A stretch of DNA of 64,000 nt from Chiloscyllium plagiosum (Eukaryota), in contig NC_057718.1 in NCBI RefSeq assembly GCF_004010195.1, positions 84,855,968 through 84,919,967 on the forward strand. Reading direction: 5' to 3'. Of this stretch, positions 1 to 10,614 are shown piece by piece. The translations under genes and the position numbers were made by a program. A model generated the notes under the pieces. It was not told the origin of the DNA. It saw only the letters and a list, made by a program, of their open reading frames with translations, and searched no databases. Position 1 is the stretch's first letter, and every line of letters begins with the position of its first letter.

Positions 1-169
1 TATCTGTTTACCTGTGACCTTTGCATTCCATGAATTTCCAACAATTCATTTTCTTTCAACCAGCTCTGAAGCATATATTACAGCTGTTGGCTGTAAAATT
101 ATATATGAAATAGAATTGCTTAGAACATACAACAAAGATATAAGCCAAATGAAAACCAAAAGAACTGTG

Positions 170-357
170 CATGTTGTAAATCAGAAACAAAAATAGAAGT
201 CACTCAAAGCTCAGCAGGTCTGGCAGTATCTGTGGAGAGAAATCAGAATTAACGTTTCAGGTCAGGTGGGCCTTTCCTCAGAATGCAAGCAAATGTTGTG
301 ACGAAGGGTCAGTCAACCTGAAACATTAACTCTGAACTCTCTGCACAGATACAAGCC
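170..357. mobile_element. Fold-back element made of two inverted Penelope-like termini
   Basis: Arms gtatctgtggagaga..cagaattaacgtttcaggt and acctgaaacattaactctga..tctctgcacagatac are reverse complements. Same sequence family as the PLE 3' end at 26035-26160. Confidence 0.7.
248..284 (-). ncRNA. Minimal type I hammerhead ribozyme motif (PLE-associated)
   Basis: Minus strand reads ATT-CTGAGGA-A-AGGCCCACCTGACCT-GAAA-CG-TT-AAT. It has the CUGANGA and GAAA cores, stem I ATT/AAT, stem II AGG/CCT, a palindromic ACGU helix III and a GUU site. Confidence 0.65.
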
Positions 358-959
358 ATTTGGCCCAACTGGTCTGTCTTGGTGTTTATGCTCTTCCGCA
401 ATACTATCACCAACATCTTTCAATCCTTAGTCTCTTTTTTTTTTTTAGTTTTCCCTTCAATATTTTTATGCTGTTCATCTCATCTGCTCCACATGGTAGC
501 AAGTTGCATATTTTGACCTCTCTCTGGGTAAAGACGTTCTCCTGATTAGAATGTATTGGTTTTCATCTTATATTTATGACCTCAATTTTTTGGATTCTTC
601 CACCCAATCATCCCGCAAGAAATGTGGAAGTATCTTTGCTATGTTAGCACTGTAAAAGCCCTTCATAATTCTAAAAGTGCTTATCGGGTCACATCTTCAG
701 CAACCTCTCTCTCAAAAAATAGCGCTCAGCTATTTTATCTTTTCTGATGGTTACAAACTCTCAGTTCTTACAAACCTCTTTCTCATCATATGCAGTTATA
801 CTTGTGTCCTTTTTGCAATATGGGCACCTATGCACAGAGTTCTAAATAGTCCGACAAAGTTCTATATAAGTTGAACAACTTCTCTGTCCATTTCCCTAGA
901 AATGAGCTTTAGTGCTTTGTTTGCAAAATGTTGAACTTCATAGCTATTTTTTTGAACAG

Positions 960-1081
960 ATGAGACATCCCTAGAAAGTGAATGTGCCAACATTAGCATC
1001 CAAACAGAGATGGCAATGGAGCAACTCAGAAGGCAGCATCAAGAGGAAGTGCAAGACCTTAAAATACAATTGGAAACAAAG
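960..1081 (+). CDS. NINL: Ninein-like protein, internal exon (..ETSLESECANISIQTEMAMEQLRRQHQEEVQDLKIQLETK)
   Basis: Acceptor tttgaacag at 951-959. Open frame joins in phase 0 to the next exon, giving QLETK|VNYYERE as I recall from vertebrate NINL. Donor is the non-canonical AAG|gcaagt. Confidence 0.85.
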
Positions 1082-1424
1082 GCAAGTAATTTTAGTCTTT
1101 TCACACTTCTTCACTTCCTACCCTTCCCCTATACAGTAACTATGCATAATTTTTAGACCAAAGGGCAGCCTCATGACAACAAGTTCCAGAAAATCAAATA
1201 TATCCATTTGAAAATGCATAAAAAGCTTTGGATTTAAATACAACTTATTCATGCTACTGAAGCCAACAAGATTGAGGGTTAATGGGACATCTCCTGGGGA
1301 GAGAAAGAAAACATTTTACTTAGTGGAAAAACTGAAAAGCATTAGTTGCTTTAGTCCAATTCTGCTGCAATCGTTCTGCAAGTTTCGAAATTAAAGGTGG
1401 GATAATGTTGTGCTTATTTTGCAG

Positions 1425-1945
1425 GTAAATTATTATGAGAGAGAAATTGAACTGATGAAGAGGAATTTTGAGAAAGAGAGGAAGTACGTAGAACAAAGCT
1501 TTAAGATTGAGATCGGCGAACTGGAGGACCAGCGTGTTACCAGGGAACATGAAATGGAGCGGCTTCAGGGTGTGGTGAATGAGTTGCGTGTTCAACAGCA
1601 AGATGCAGAAGTCCAGCAGGAGGAAACAATTGCTGATCTACTAAGGCGACATGAAACAGCCAAGCTAAACCTGCAAGAAGAGGTGAGGAAAGGACAGGAG
1701 GAAAAGTGCAAAATGGAGGAGCTGAAGAAGGACGCAGAGTTGACAAAAATGTTCAAAGCACAGTCTAAATCAAAATTGGCATTGCAAATACAAGAACTGG
1801 AAACAAAGTTCCAGTGGGAAAGGACAGCTCAACAGCAGGCCTTTGTCAAGGAGAAGTCAGAATTAGAGCTACGGCTGTCGAAGGAGAAGCTTGAAATGGA
1901 GAAGGAACTGAAACTCCAACATCAGAAGGAATTGCAGCAATTAAG
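1425..1945 (+). CDS. NINL: Ninein-like exon (VNYYEREIELMKRNFEKERK...ELQQLR)
   Basis: ttttgcag acceptor and AG|gtaggt donor. E/K/Q-rich coiled coil; VNYYERE..KRNFEKERK recognised from NINL. Confidence 0.92.
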
Positions 1946-2049
1946 GTAGGTTGTAGTGAACAGTATTTCCTTACTATAGACACAAGAGGGCATCATTAGG
2001 TCAAAGTGGGAACTGGAGATTAATATGCATATCTAGGTCAGTATCAGTT

Positions 2050-2228
2050 GTAGCAGCAAATTACTGTGGATGCTGGAATCTGTATTGAAAACGACATACG
2101 CTGGAGATTAGTGGGTCAGACAGCATCCATTCGAGCTGAAACGTTAGCTTACTCTCTCTCCCTCTCTCTCCCCCAGTGGAGGCTGCCTGACCTGTTGTGA
2201 TCTCCAGTGCTTTTTTGTTGTTGGTATC
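2050..2228. mobile_element. Decayed fold-back PLE-terminus element
   Basis: gctggagatt..gggtcagacagcatcca and tggaggctgcctgacc..gatctccagt form inverted arms; half hammerhead gctgaaacgttagc. Confidence 0.5.
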
Positions 2229-2623
2229 AATTGTAGCTCAGTTGGTGACCTTCTCACACTTGAGTCAGCATTTCCCAAACCTGAATCATCCAACCTCTGC
2301 AAGAATGAGGGCTGTAAGCATGGAAACACAATCTCCTGACTTGATCTGTTGTTATTCCTTCGTTGTTATTGAGTCAGAATCCTGTAAATTCCTATGTAAC
2401 AGCAAAGTTGAAGCATAAAGGAATGAACAGAAGCAGGAGTAGGCCACTCAGCCTTTCAAGCCTGCTCCACCATTCAGTTAGATTGTGACTGATCTTTTAT
2501 CATAGATACAGCTGCCTGCACTATCCACATACCCTTTGATTCCAGTGTTTAATATCCAGAAATCTATTAATCCCTGATTAAACTTTGCAAAAGGTTACAA
2601 CACTTTAAGTGAATAAATTTGAT

Positions 2624-2975
2624 ATAGAATAGAATGATATAGAATCCCTACAGTGTGAAAACCGGCCCTTTGGCCCAATGAGTCCACACTGACCCTCTGA
2701 AGAGTAACCCACCTGGACCCATTCCCCTAATCTACCCCAGATTAATACACCAAACCAACATATCCCTGAACACTGTGGGCAATTTAGCATGGCCAGTTTA
2801 CCTAACCTGCACATCTTTGGATTGAGGGAGGAAACCGGAGCACCCAGAGGAAACCCAAGCAGACACTGGGAGAATGTGCAAACTCCACACAGACAGTTGT
2901 CCGAGGTGGGAATCAAACCCGGGTTCCTGGTGCTGTGAGGCAACAGTGTTAACCACTGAGCCACTGTGCCGGCCC
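2624..2975 (-). mobile_element. tRNA-derived V-domain SINE (HE1-like)
   Basis: Minus strand: A-box ggcacagtggctcagtggtt, B-box gggtttgattccc, V-domain ctgtgtggagtttgcacattctccc..ggtgctccggtttcctccc, CR1-type tail ending in (TTCTA)n. Confidence 0.85.
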
Positions 2976-3739
2976 AACTTTCTCCTCAATTTGGTCCTAA
3001 GTGGCTGATTGCCTCATTCTGATATTATGACTTCTAGTCCTAAACTCCCCGGCCAAAACAAATGACCTGCACCTTAAGCCATACTGACTGCAGTAGTTCA
3101 AGAAAGCCTAGCACGTCTACTGAATCCTGATTCAGCAATAAATACTGGTAACACCATGCCCAAGAATTAATAAGATAACTGGTCTGTATATTTTCTTGTG
3201 ATCGATCGCACAAAAGTTAATTTTTCATCATTCTCTATACTTTGAGGAGCTATCCTTTGGGTGAGGCATTAAATTCTGTCCTCTTAGAAAAACACAAACG
3301 ATCCTGCACTACATAAACAGAAAAGGCAGGACCTTCCTGGTTTCTTGCCCATTACTTATCCTTCAACTAACAATTAATTATCTAGTTACTATTTCGTCTA
3401 CGTTCATGGAATCTTGCTGTATGTACATTAGCTGTACATTTCTTACATTAAAACAATGACTGTTCTTCAAAAGTATAATGTGCTTTGGGATATGCCATGG
3501 TTGTGAAATACTACCCTTTGTGAATGTTATTCATTTCTATTAGAATATTGGGGAATGGGGTGATTGGTATCATCAATTTGAATCTATATCTTGCTGTCTG
3601 ATCCAAGGTAATGTGACATGGAGAGTGCTTAATAGTCACTGCTGTTCTTGTAAATGCTATATTCCCAATACCCTTACAGAAATAATTGTTTTGAAGGTTG
3701 TTTTCTATAGTTTAATGAGAAGTATTTAAATATCCTTAG

Positions 3740-4393
3740 GAAGGCAACACAAGATGAATCTAACCTGAAGCTCTCACTTTTGGAAGCTGACCATGTTGCT
3801 TTAACACAAAAGTATCAGTCTGAGAAAACACAGCTGATCCAGGGATATGAGCTGAAAATTGAGGAGCTTACAAGACAACAGAGTCAAGAGAAAAGTCATT
3901 GGGAGTCTCATGTGCAGATGACTTGCAATGAGGCCAGGAAAGAAAAGCTAAACCTGCAGGAAAAGATGCATGAGGAACAGGCTAAGATCTGCAAAACATT
4001 TGCAATAGAGAGGGAAGAAATGGAAACCAAGTACAAAGAACAAATATGCAGTCTTAGTTGTGAGATCGAGAGCTTAAAGGCTCAGGTAAAAGAGCTAAGA
4101 AGAGTGAACGACATGGAAGATCTAACACATCCTGATGAAAAACCCACTGAGGACAACCCTTGCCTGTACCAAAGAATCCACATCCAGTCTTCGACCAATG
4201 AAGAGTGTTTTGCACTTTTAAAGAAAAAAGAAGATGAGATATTGGGTTTAAAACAGCAAAGAGATGAGATGGAAATAAAACTGAGGCAAGTAATGGATGA
4301 GTCAGAGAGAAAGGAGCAAGTGCTTCAAAATGAGGCAACGAATCTGCGGAGGTTGGTAACTAAGCTAGAAGCTGAGACTGAGAAGAAGTACAG
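3740..4393 (+). CDS. NINL: Ninein-like large exon (KATQDESNL...ETEKKYR)
   Basis: tatccttag acceptor and AG|gtttgt donor. Phase 2-2 is consistent with the neighbouring exons. Coiled-coil ORF 3780-4469. Confidence 0.88.
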
Positions 4394-5585
4394 GTTTGTC
4401 ATAATAATTATCTTCGAATCGCTAATGACCACATTACTTCTGCTACTAATCACAAGAATTGCATCCTAATCATGAACTGACAGTTAATCTCCTGTTAATC
4501 AAAATCGAGCATGCAAACCTTGTTTTCTTTTTGTCAACAATTAAAACTGATTTCTTCATCCTTGGCAACTGTTCAAGAATGAGGTTTCTGCAATGTCATC
4601 AGGTTTGCCTTTTCTGTGCCATTGTGCCTTGTCACTGCTAATTTGCAGGTTTACATGTAGTCACTTCCTACCTTTTCTGACTGCACTCTGGACCTATTTA
4701 TTTATATCCATTGCTCTCGCTGTGGATGAGCAGGAGAAGAGGTTAATCATACAGTGATCAGAAACTCTGCCAATATAAAGCAAGCTGCTCAGATTCCAAG
4801 ATGAAAATATATCTCAAAGACAATATGCTGTGGAATTTGAAGGACCCCTTGCATGGAAGCTGAGTGCTTTGGAGGTGCTCTTGTATCAGCTGCTTCAATT
4901 CATGAGAAGCATCTGTTAATCTCTAATTGGAATTTCTTGAAGCCCAAGTTATTTTCAGGCACTTTGCAATGTCCAATCTGATTTAGGTTAAAATTGAAAT
5001 TAGTAAGGGTGTTTGTTAATGCATTCATCTAAAACATTCCATTTGCAGGAATAAACTTATGAAAGTAAGTGAGCAAACATGGAATAATATAATCTCATAG
5101 CATGGCAGAACATTATTTGTAAAAGAGCTATCCAAATGGTCCCAATTTCTATTCTTTCCCCATGTCCTGCCTAACGTCTCCTTTTCAGGTGTTTGTTCAA
5201 TTTCCCTTTGAAAGTTACTATTAATTTGCTTCACCCAAGCTTTTCAAATGTCCTTATCACCCTCTAACACACATGACGTCAATGATGGTAGAATAGTCAA
5301 ATTTAACTTAATTTATGGATCATCTATGTCAGTTTTGGTGATGGTGGTAAATGTACTAAAAGCATGGAGACTATCTCTGCATGTCTGATATGATCACCAT
5401 GTCTTTCACTTACTTCCAATTCTTGCATTCTATGTCCATCATGATGAACAATATTAGACCAGATAAGAGTATCTGCAACATCAGGGCCAATATTTAGTGA
5501 TTCCCTAAATTCTGTACTTGGACCACTTCCTGAAATTCTCTAGAGGGTAGCTGTAGTTATTTGACAAGAATAATGTATTCCTTAG

Positions 5586-5690
5586 ATGTGAGTCTGAAAT
5601 GATCTCTGAAGAAAACTCTTCCTTGAAAAGAGAAATGGCGAAGTTTCATCAGGAGTTTCGGGATCTGGAAGGAGAAGTTAATGAACAAAG
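5586..5690 (+). CDS. NINL: Ninein-like exon (CESEMISEENSSLKREMAKFHQEFRDLEGEVNEQR)
   Basis: ttccttag acceptor, AG|gtaagt donor, 105 nt, phase 2-2; SEEN..LK motif. Confidence 0.88.
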
Positions 5691-5780
5691 GTAAGTTAGG
5701 TGGTGCTTTTGATGTTTTGCAAAACGCTTGTGTTTTTGGTGGCTGGAATTCCTTGTTTAAAAAAAGATTGTGCTGTGCAG

Positions 5781-5850
5781 GAAACAAGTGGAACACCTGC
5801 AAGATGAAAGAGAGCGCAGACGTAGAGAATCTGAAGAACTTCAGAAACAG
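5781..5850 (+). CDS. NINL: Ninein-like exon (KQVEHLQDERERRRRESEELQKQ)
   Basis: tgtgcag acceptor, CAG|gtaagg donor, 70 nt, phase 2-0 restores the frame for the next exon. Confidence 0.85.
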
Positions 5851-6224
5851 GTAAGGATTTGAACCTGTCACTGTTGGTTAGAAATGTTGTTTTGGGCTGA
5901 ACCAAAATCTGGTTTCACCGAAGCAATTTAGTGGAATAAGAATGACATTAATTGAATGTGATTTGACTAATCTAGTAGGTTAATTTGGTTCTTTGAAATT
6001 GACAGGTATTAAGTTACAGCTCTAATCTCTTGTCTATTAGGGTGTGATTATAAGTTGAACCCATGTAGATAAATTTAAAATGTTTCTTTGACATCTGCAA
6101 GAAAGTGATTTGAAGCTGTCTCATCCGTTCCTATTGGGTAGTTCTTTCTATGTTCAAAACCTCTGTGCCTCTTCCTCTGCCCTCTCTCGGCATTGTCTTT
6201 GGACCCCATGCAGTCTTATGTCTG

Positions 6225-7325
6225 ATAGGAACAGGAGTATGCCATCGAACCCATTGGGTAAGTTTCACCAATCAATGAAATCATGGCTGAACTTTGGCAT
6301 AATTCCATATACTTGCCTTTGGGCCATTCCCTTAAAACCTCTGCTTAACAAAAATTTATCTATCTCAGATTAAAAGTTAACAACTATCCTGCATCAAGTG
6401 TCATTTGTTGAAGAGAGTTCCAAACGTCTACCACCCTCTGTGTGCAGGAGTGCTTCTGAACATCTATCCTGAATGGTCTGGCCCTAATTCTCATACTATG
6501 CTCCTGTTTTGAGAATCCCTAACCAGTGAAAATAGTTGTCTTTTCCTGTTAATATCATGAAGACTTCCATCGGATTACCCCTTAACCTTCTAAATTAAAA
6601 GAAGCCTAATTTGTATAATTTCTCCTCCCAACCCTTGAAGTCCAGGTATCATTCTTCTAAACCTCTGTTGTATTCTCTCCAAGGCCAATATATCTTTCCT
6701 AAGGTGTGGTGTCCAGATCTGTTCACAGTATTTTCATAATTTCTGCATTTAATTAGCTGTCTTAATTATTTTCTGCACTTCTTCATGACATTTTAAAGAT
6801 CTGTGCACGTGTACCTCAAGGTCTCTTTGGCCAACTACTGTATTTAACTTCATACGATCTAGAGAGTACCCTGATCTATCTCTCACTCATTTACATTGAA
6901 CTCTGTTGGTCACGGTTTTGCCAATTAACTCGTCTATCAATATCCTTTGTATTTTTATCCTATCATCTGCAATGTCCACAATGCCGCATAACTTTGTGTC
7001 ATCAGCAAATTTGAATATATGACTTTCTATGCCATTATCCAGTGGTTAATAAATAATGTGAATAAGCTGGGCCCTAACACATACCCTTATTGGATACCAC
7101 TGGCCACATCCTGCCATTACCTACCCATTATCTGTACTTTCTGTTGCCTGCCTCTGAACCAATTATTAATTTGCCTTCAATTCTGTGGGTTTCTACCTTA
7201 ATTAACAATCTCTTATAAAGTATTTTATCAAATGCCTTCTGGAAGTTCATATAAATAACATCCACTGTCTTAATCTCTTCAAAACATTCAGTAAGGTTTG
7301 TTGGGCATGACCTACCCATCATAAT
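6225..7325 (-). mobile_element. Decayed CR1 LINE 3' part
   Basis: GRSCPTNLTECFE..VDVIYMNFQKAFDK RT motif in ORF 7128-7322; CR1-type 3' UTR near 6225. Confidence 0.8.
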
Positions 7326-7484
7326 CCCTTTTAGTAGTTTTTATAAGTTATTTTATAACCCTTTGCTAGTCTTTGTAGCTTTCCTATTCAGTCTAATCTG
7401 TGCTGTTTTTTGTAAGCCCTTTCTTTTAGTATTTTTCATTCCCTTATCTCTTTAGTTGTTCATGACCGTTAATACTGTGACTTA

Positions 7485-8240
7485 GAGTGTTTCCCTCTCT
7501 AGGGATCGAAAACAGGCAAAACAATTGTCTACTCGTTAACAGCTACTGCCCTCCCTCTGCTGATGATTCAGCATTGTTTCATGTTGAATGCCCACTTCTA
7601 AAGGGCACTAGGATTAGAAAGGGGCTCATTCTACTACGAATTGAAGATGCAGTTGTCCATGGTAGTATTAATTGGAGTGCCTCTTTATGGAGGCAAAGCC
7701 TTTCTTCACATTGAGGACACCCTTTTGTGTTGTGTGGTGCTAACACTGTGTTAAGCAGGGTAGATTCCAAACAGATCTAGGCATCCACAAGGCATAGATT
7801 ATGCCTGAATATAATGCTGCTATCACATTTGTTGACTGGCATTTCTATCACTTCCCATTACTGTCAAGGCAAGGAAACAACCTTGGTTCAAATGACAGTG
7901 CAAGAGAACTTGCCAACAGCAATATCAAGGGTTAAAGTAAAGGCAAAGTTGCCATAGTCCTACCAGACCATAGGATAACTCTCTCATCAGGTGGATGATG
8001 TTCAACATGAGGCTCATCAGACCTTGGGTGAGGGGAGAGGTTGAGAAGGAAGGTCGCACATGCTAACCTCAGTCACATCCCTAAAAGCAAAGAGCCATTC
8101 AGATGAAGCTGTAACATAAGACTACAAGTGTGCTAAACAGCAGAAGCAGTATATGATCAACAGAGCTAAGTGATCGCACAATTAACAGATAAGATCAGAT
8201 CTTTGCACTCCTGCCATATCCAGATGTGAATGATGGTAAA
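7485..8240 (+). mobile_element. Decayed CR1/L2-type LINE fragment (APE region)
   Basis: LLVNSYCPPSAD resembles the APE Y.PP motif; heavily degraded. Confidence 0.45.
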
Positions 8241-8960
8241 TAATGAAACAAGGTATAAGGGGTATTGTACCTTTAAGAGAGTTGAAAGCTAGCAAGGACT
8301 TAGAGAAGCACAGAGAGCCCAGAACAATGTAACAATGTAATGCTTGGTCAGAACAGCTAGCACTGGCTGGGTTGCTATGAGACAAAAACAAATTCAAATT
8401 CGGCCAATCAGTTAGAATTATGAACAAAGATACCAAACTCCAATCAAGTTTGAGTTTAGTATTTTGACAGTATTAAAACCAATGAAACGATCCAATGCTT
8501 TGGGAGTATAAAACTGGAAAAAAATTGAACAGTTGGGGGAGAACTGCCAAGAGACCAACAGATGTAGGCTGCTAGTAAGAACTCTCCAAGAGGTACCTGT
8601 CTGGAGAAGGAGTTTGCATTGAAAAAAAAATCGATCCCAAAGAGAAGATTCGACAGCTGGCTGGTTTTGAAATTTTGAATTTTTCTGTAAATCTTAATCA
8701 GGAGTTTTATCAGACCAGTACTGCGGAGGGAGGGGGGGGGAGGTAGAATGGTAAAAGATAGGTTTAGATAAGTAAGTTGTAAATAATTGTTAATTATTTT
8801 TCTCTATTAGACTTAAAATAAAGTTGTTAATTTTTACTTTAAATACTGATTTTTGGGATAGTTTTTGCCTCTCAAATTTTCACAGATGACTGCACGGAGT
8901 AAATCTTTTCTGTGTTGCTGGTTTAAATTAGCAGAGGGGGGCTTACCCCATGTTGTAACA
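8241..8960 (+). mobile_element. Solo LTR related to the LTR at 53682-54340
   Basis: Ends in ..tgtaaca. Blocks such as tgtacctttaagagag..aaagctagcaa and aaatcttttctgtgtt match the reverse complement of the 53682-54340 LTR. The 5' boundary is approximate. Confidence 0.7.
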
Positions 8961-9363
8961 GGATTGAGAAACACATCAGGTTTCTTTGACAGCACCAACA
9001 ATTCCTATGGCTTAGAAGAATAGGAACAGCAGGCATATAAGCCTGCCATCACTTACAAGTCCCCTTCCAAGTCATATCCTGACTTGCAGAGAGAGCACCC
9101 TTCTTTCACTTCCACTGGATTAAAATCTTGCACCACATTGCTGACTATAAATACTGGAAATTATACTAAAAATTGCAACAAGCATACCACCAGTTTGGTT
9201 TACTTTATCCATTTCTGTGTATTGAATGTTTTTTGATGGTTTTACACATATAGGTATTAGCTATTCTCTCTTTATCTAGATGTTCAAAGAATACAGTGTG
9301 CTAAAATCTGCTATTGTAATGTGAGATAAATATTGCCTGTTCTGTTGAATCAATCTTGTCTAG

Positions 9364-9648
9364 AACAAACAGTATGTGGCTGAAATTGCCCAGCTCAATA
9401 GCAAGAATGTACAGCTCAGCAATCAGAACTCACTATTCAGTGCCAAGGTAGAAGCTAATCAGCAGAGTATTCAGATGCTCAGTACAAGACTAGCTGAACT
9501 CTCCCAGCAGAAGGAAGAGGTGGTCAGTGTTACCAGACAACTGCAGAAGACTTCCAGCAAATTGGAGAAGGAGCATTTTCAACAGCAATCTATATGGGAA
9601 AAAGAGAAAGAGCTCATGCAACAGGAACTGCAGGCAACTAAGAAAAAG
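9364..9648 (+). CDS. NINL: Ninein-like exon (NKQYVAEIAQLNSK...ELQATKKK)
   Basis: cttgtctag acceptor, AAG|gtatga donor, 285 nt, phase 0-0, coiled coil. Confidence 0.9.
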
Positions 9649-10614
9649 GTATGATATGTTTCTTCTTTGTTCCTTATGGGTCTTTTGAGATAAGATGGAA
9701 CTTTGTGAGATTGTGAAAGCTCTATACAACGTCCCAAAGTGCTGTAAAGCTAATTAAGTACTTAGCAGTCACCATTCTAACATGGAGGAGTTTGCACACA
9801 GCAATCCCATAAATCTAATTGAATTACATGGCCAGGCCATAGGCTTTTAGTTAAAGTAAATTAGGTGATAAATGTTGACTAGAACAACTGAGAAAGACAA
9901 AACTTCTTCCATACTACACTGAGAGGTCAGCTAATCTAGATTGTGTGCTCAAGAATCTGAAATGGGACTTGAATCCTTAGTTTTTTAATAAGTTAAGAAT
10001 AATTTATGGTGTGCATAAATCCACGTTGTGCATGCTGCGACAAGACTCCAGACCAATGTGAAAGTGGGGACAAGGCCTTGGCCAATGCTGAAATTAATCT
10101 GGATGCTCCCACCGCAGGGACCTCTGTTTTCACCATTTTTAAAGGGTTAAAAAATATATAAAAATTTATATCTGATTATCGAAATGCAACCACAACTGGT
10201 TGACAATTTGGGATCACTCATAGTTTCAAATCCCAGAGGGAAGTGGGCCCAGGACCTGGGGGTTGGAGGGGTGGGGTAGGTGCTGCAACAAAGTGGGCCA
10301 GGAGATCCTCTCTCCTTCCGTTGGTCTCCCTTCTTCCGCACCTCCCATGACCCCCACCCTACCCAGATGGGGACATGCACAGACGCACACACATGTGCAC
10401 ACCTCCCCCCAGTCTTCCCTTTCCAGGATCCTGATCTCGCCCTCCCCAAGCCACATTTCTGCAAAACTGTTTGTATGTACACACAGTGCAAATATACTGA
10501 TATCAACAAACTCATCCTAGTGATTGAGACATTACACTAAGGCCTCTGTAAGGCGAGTGTAAGAGATTCCACTAATTTGTAAAAGAGGTGAGGATTTCAA
10601 CTGACCACTATTTA

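Noticed and set aside
2605..2989. ORFs of 119 and 63 aa
   Set aside because: Fortuitous frames in a V-SINE.
1320..9729. Minus-strand ORFs overlapping NINL exons
   Set aside because: Antisense shadows of E/K/Q-rich coding sequence (L/F/S-rich); no independent gene signals.
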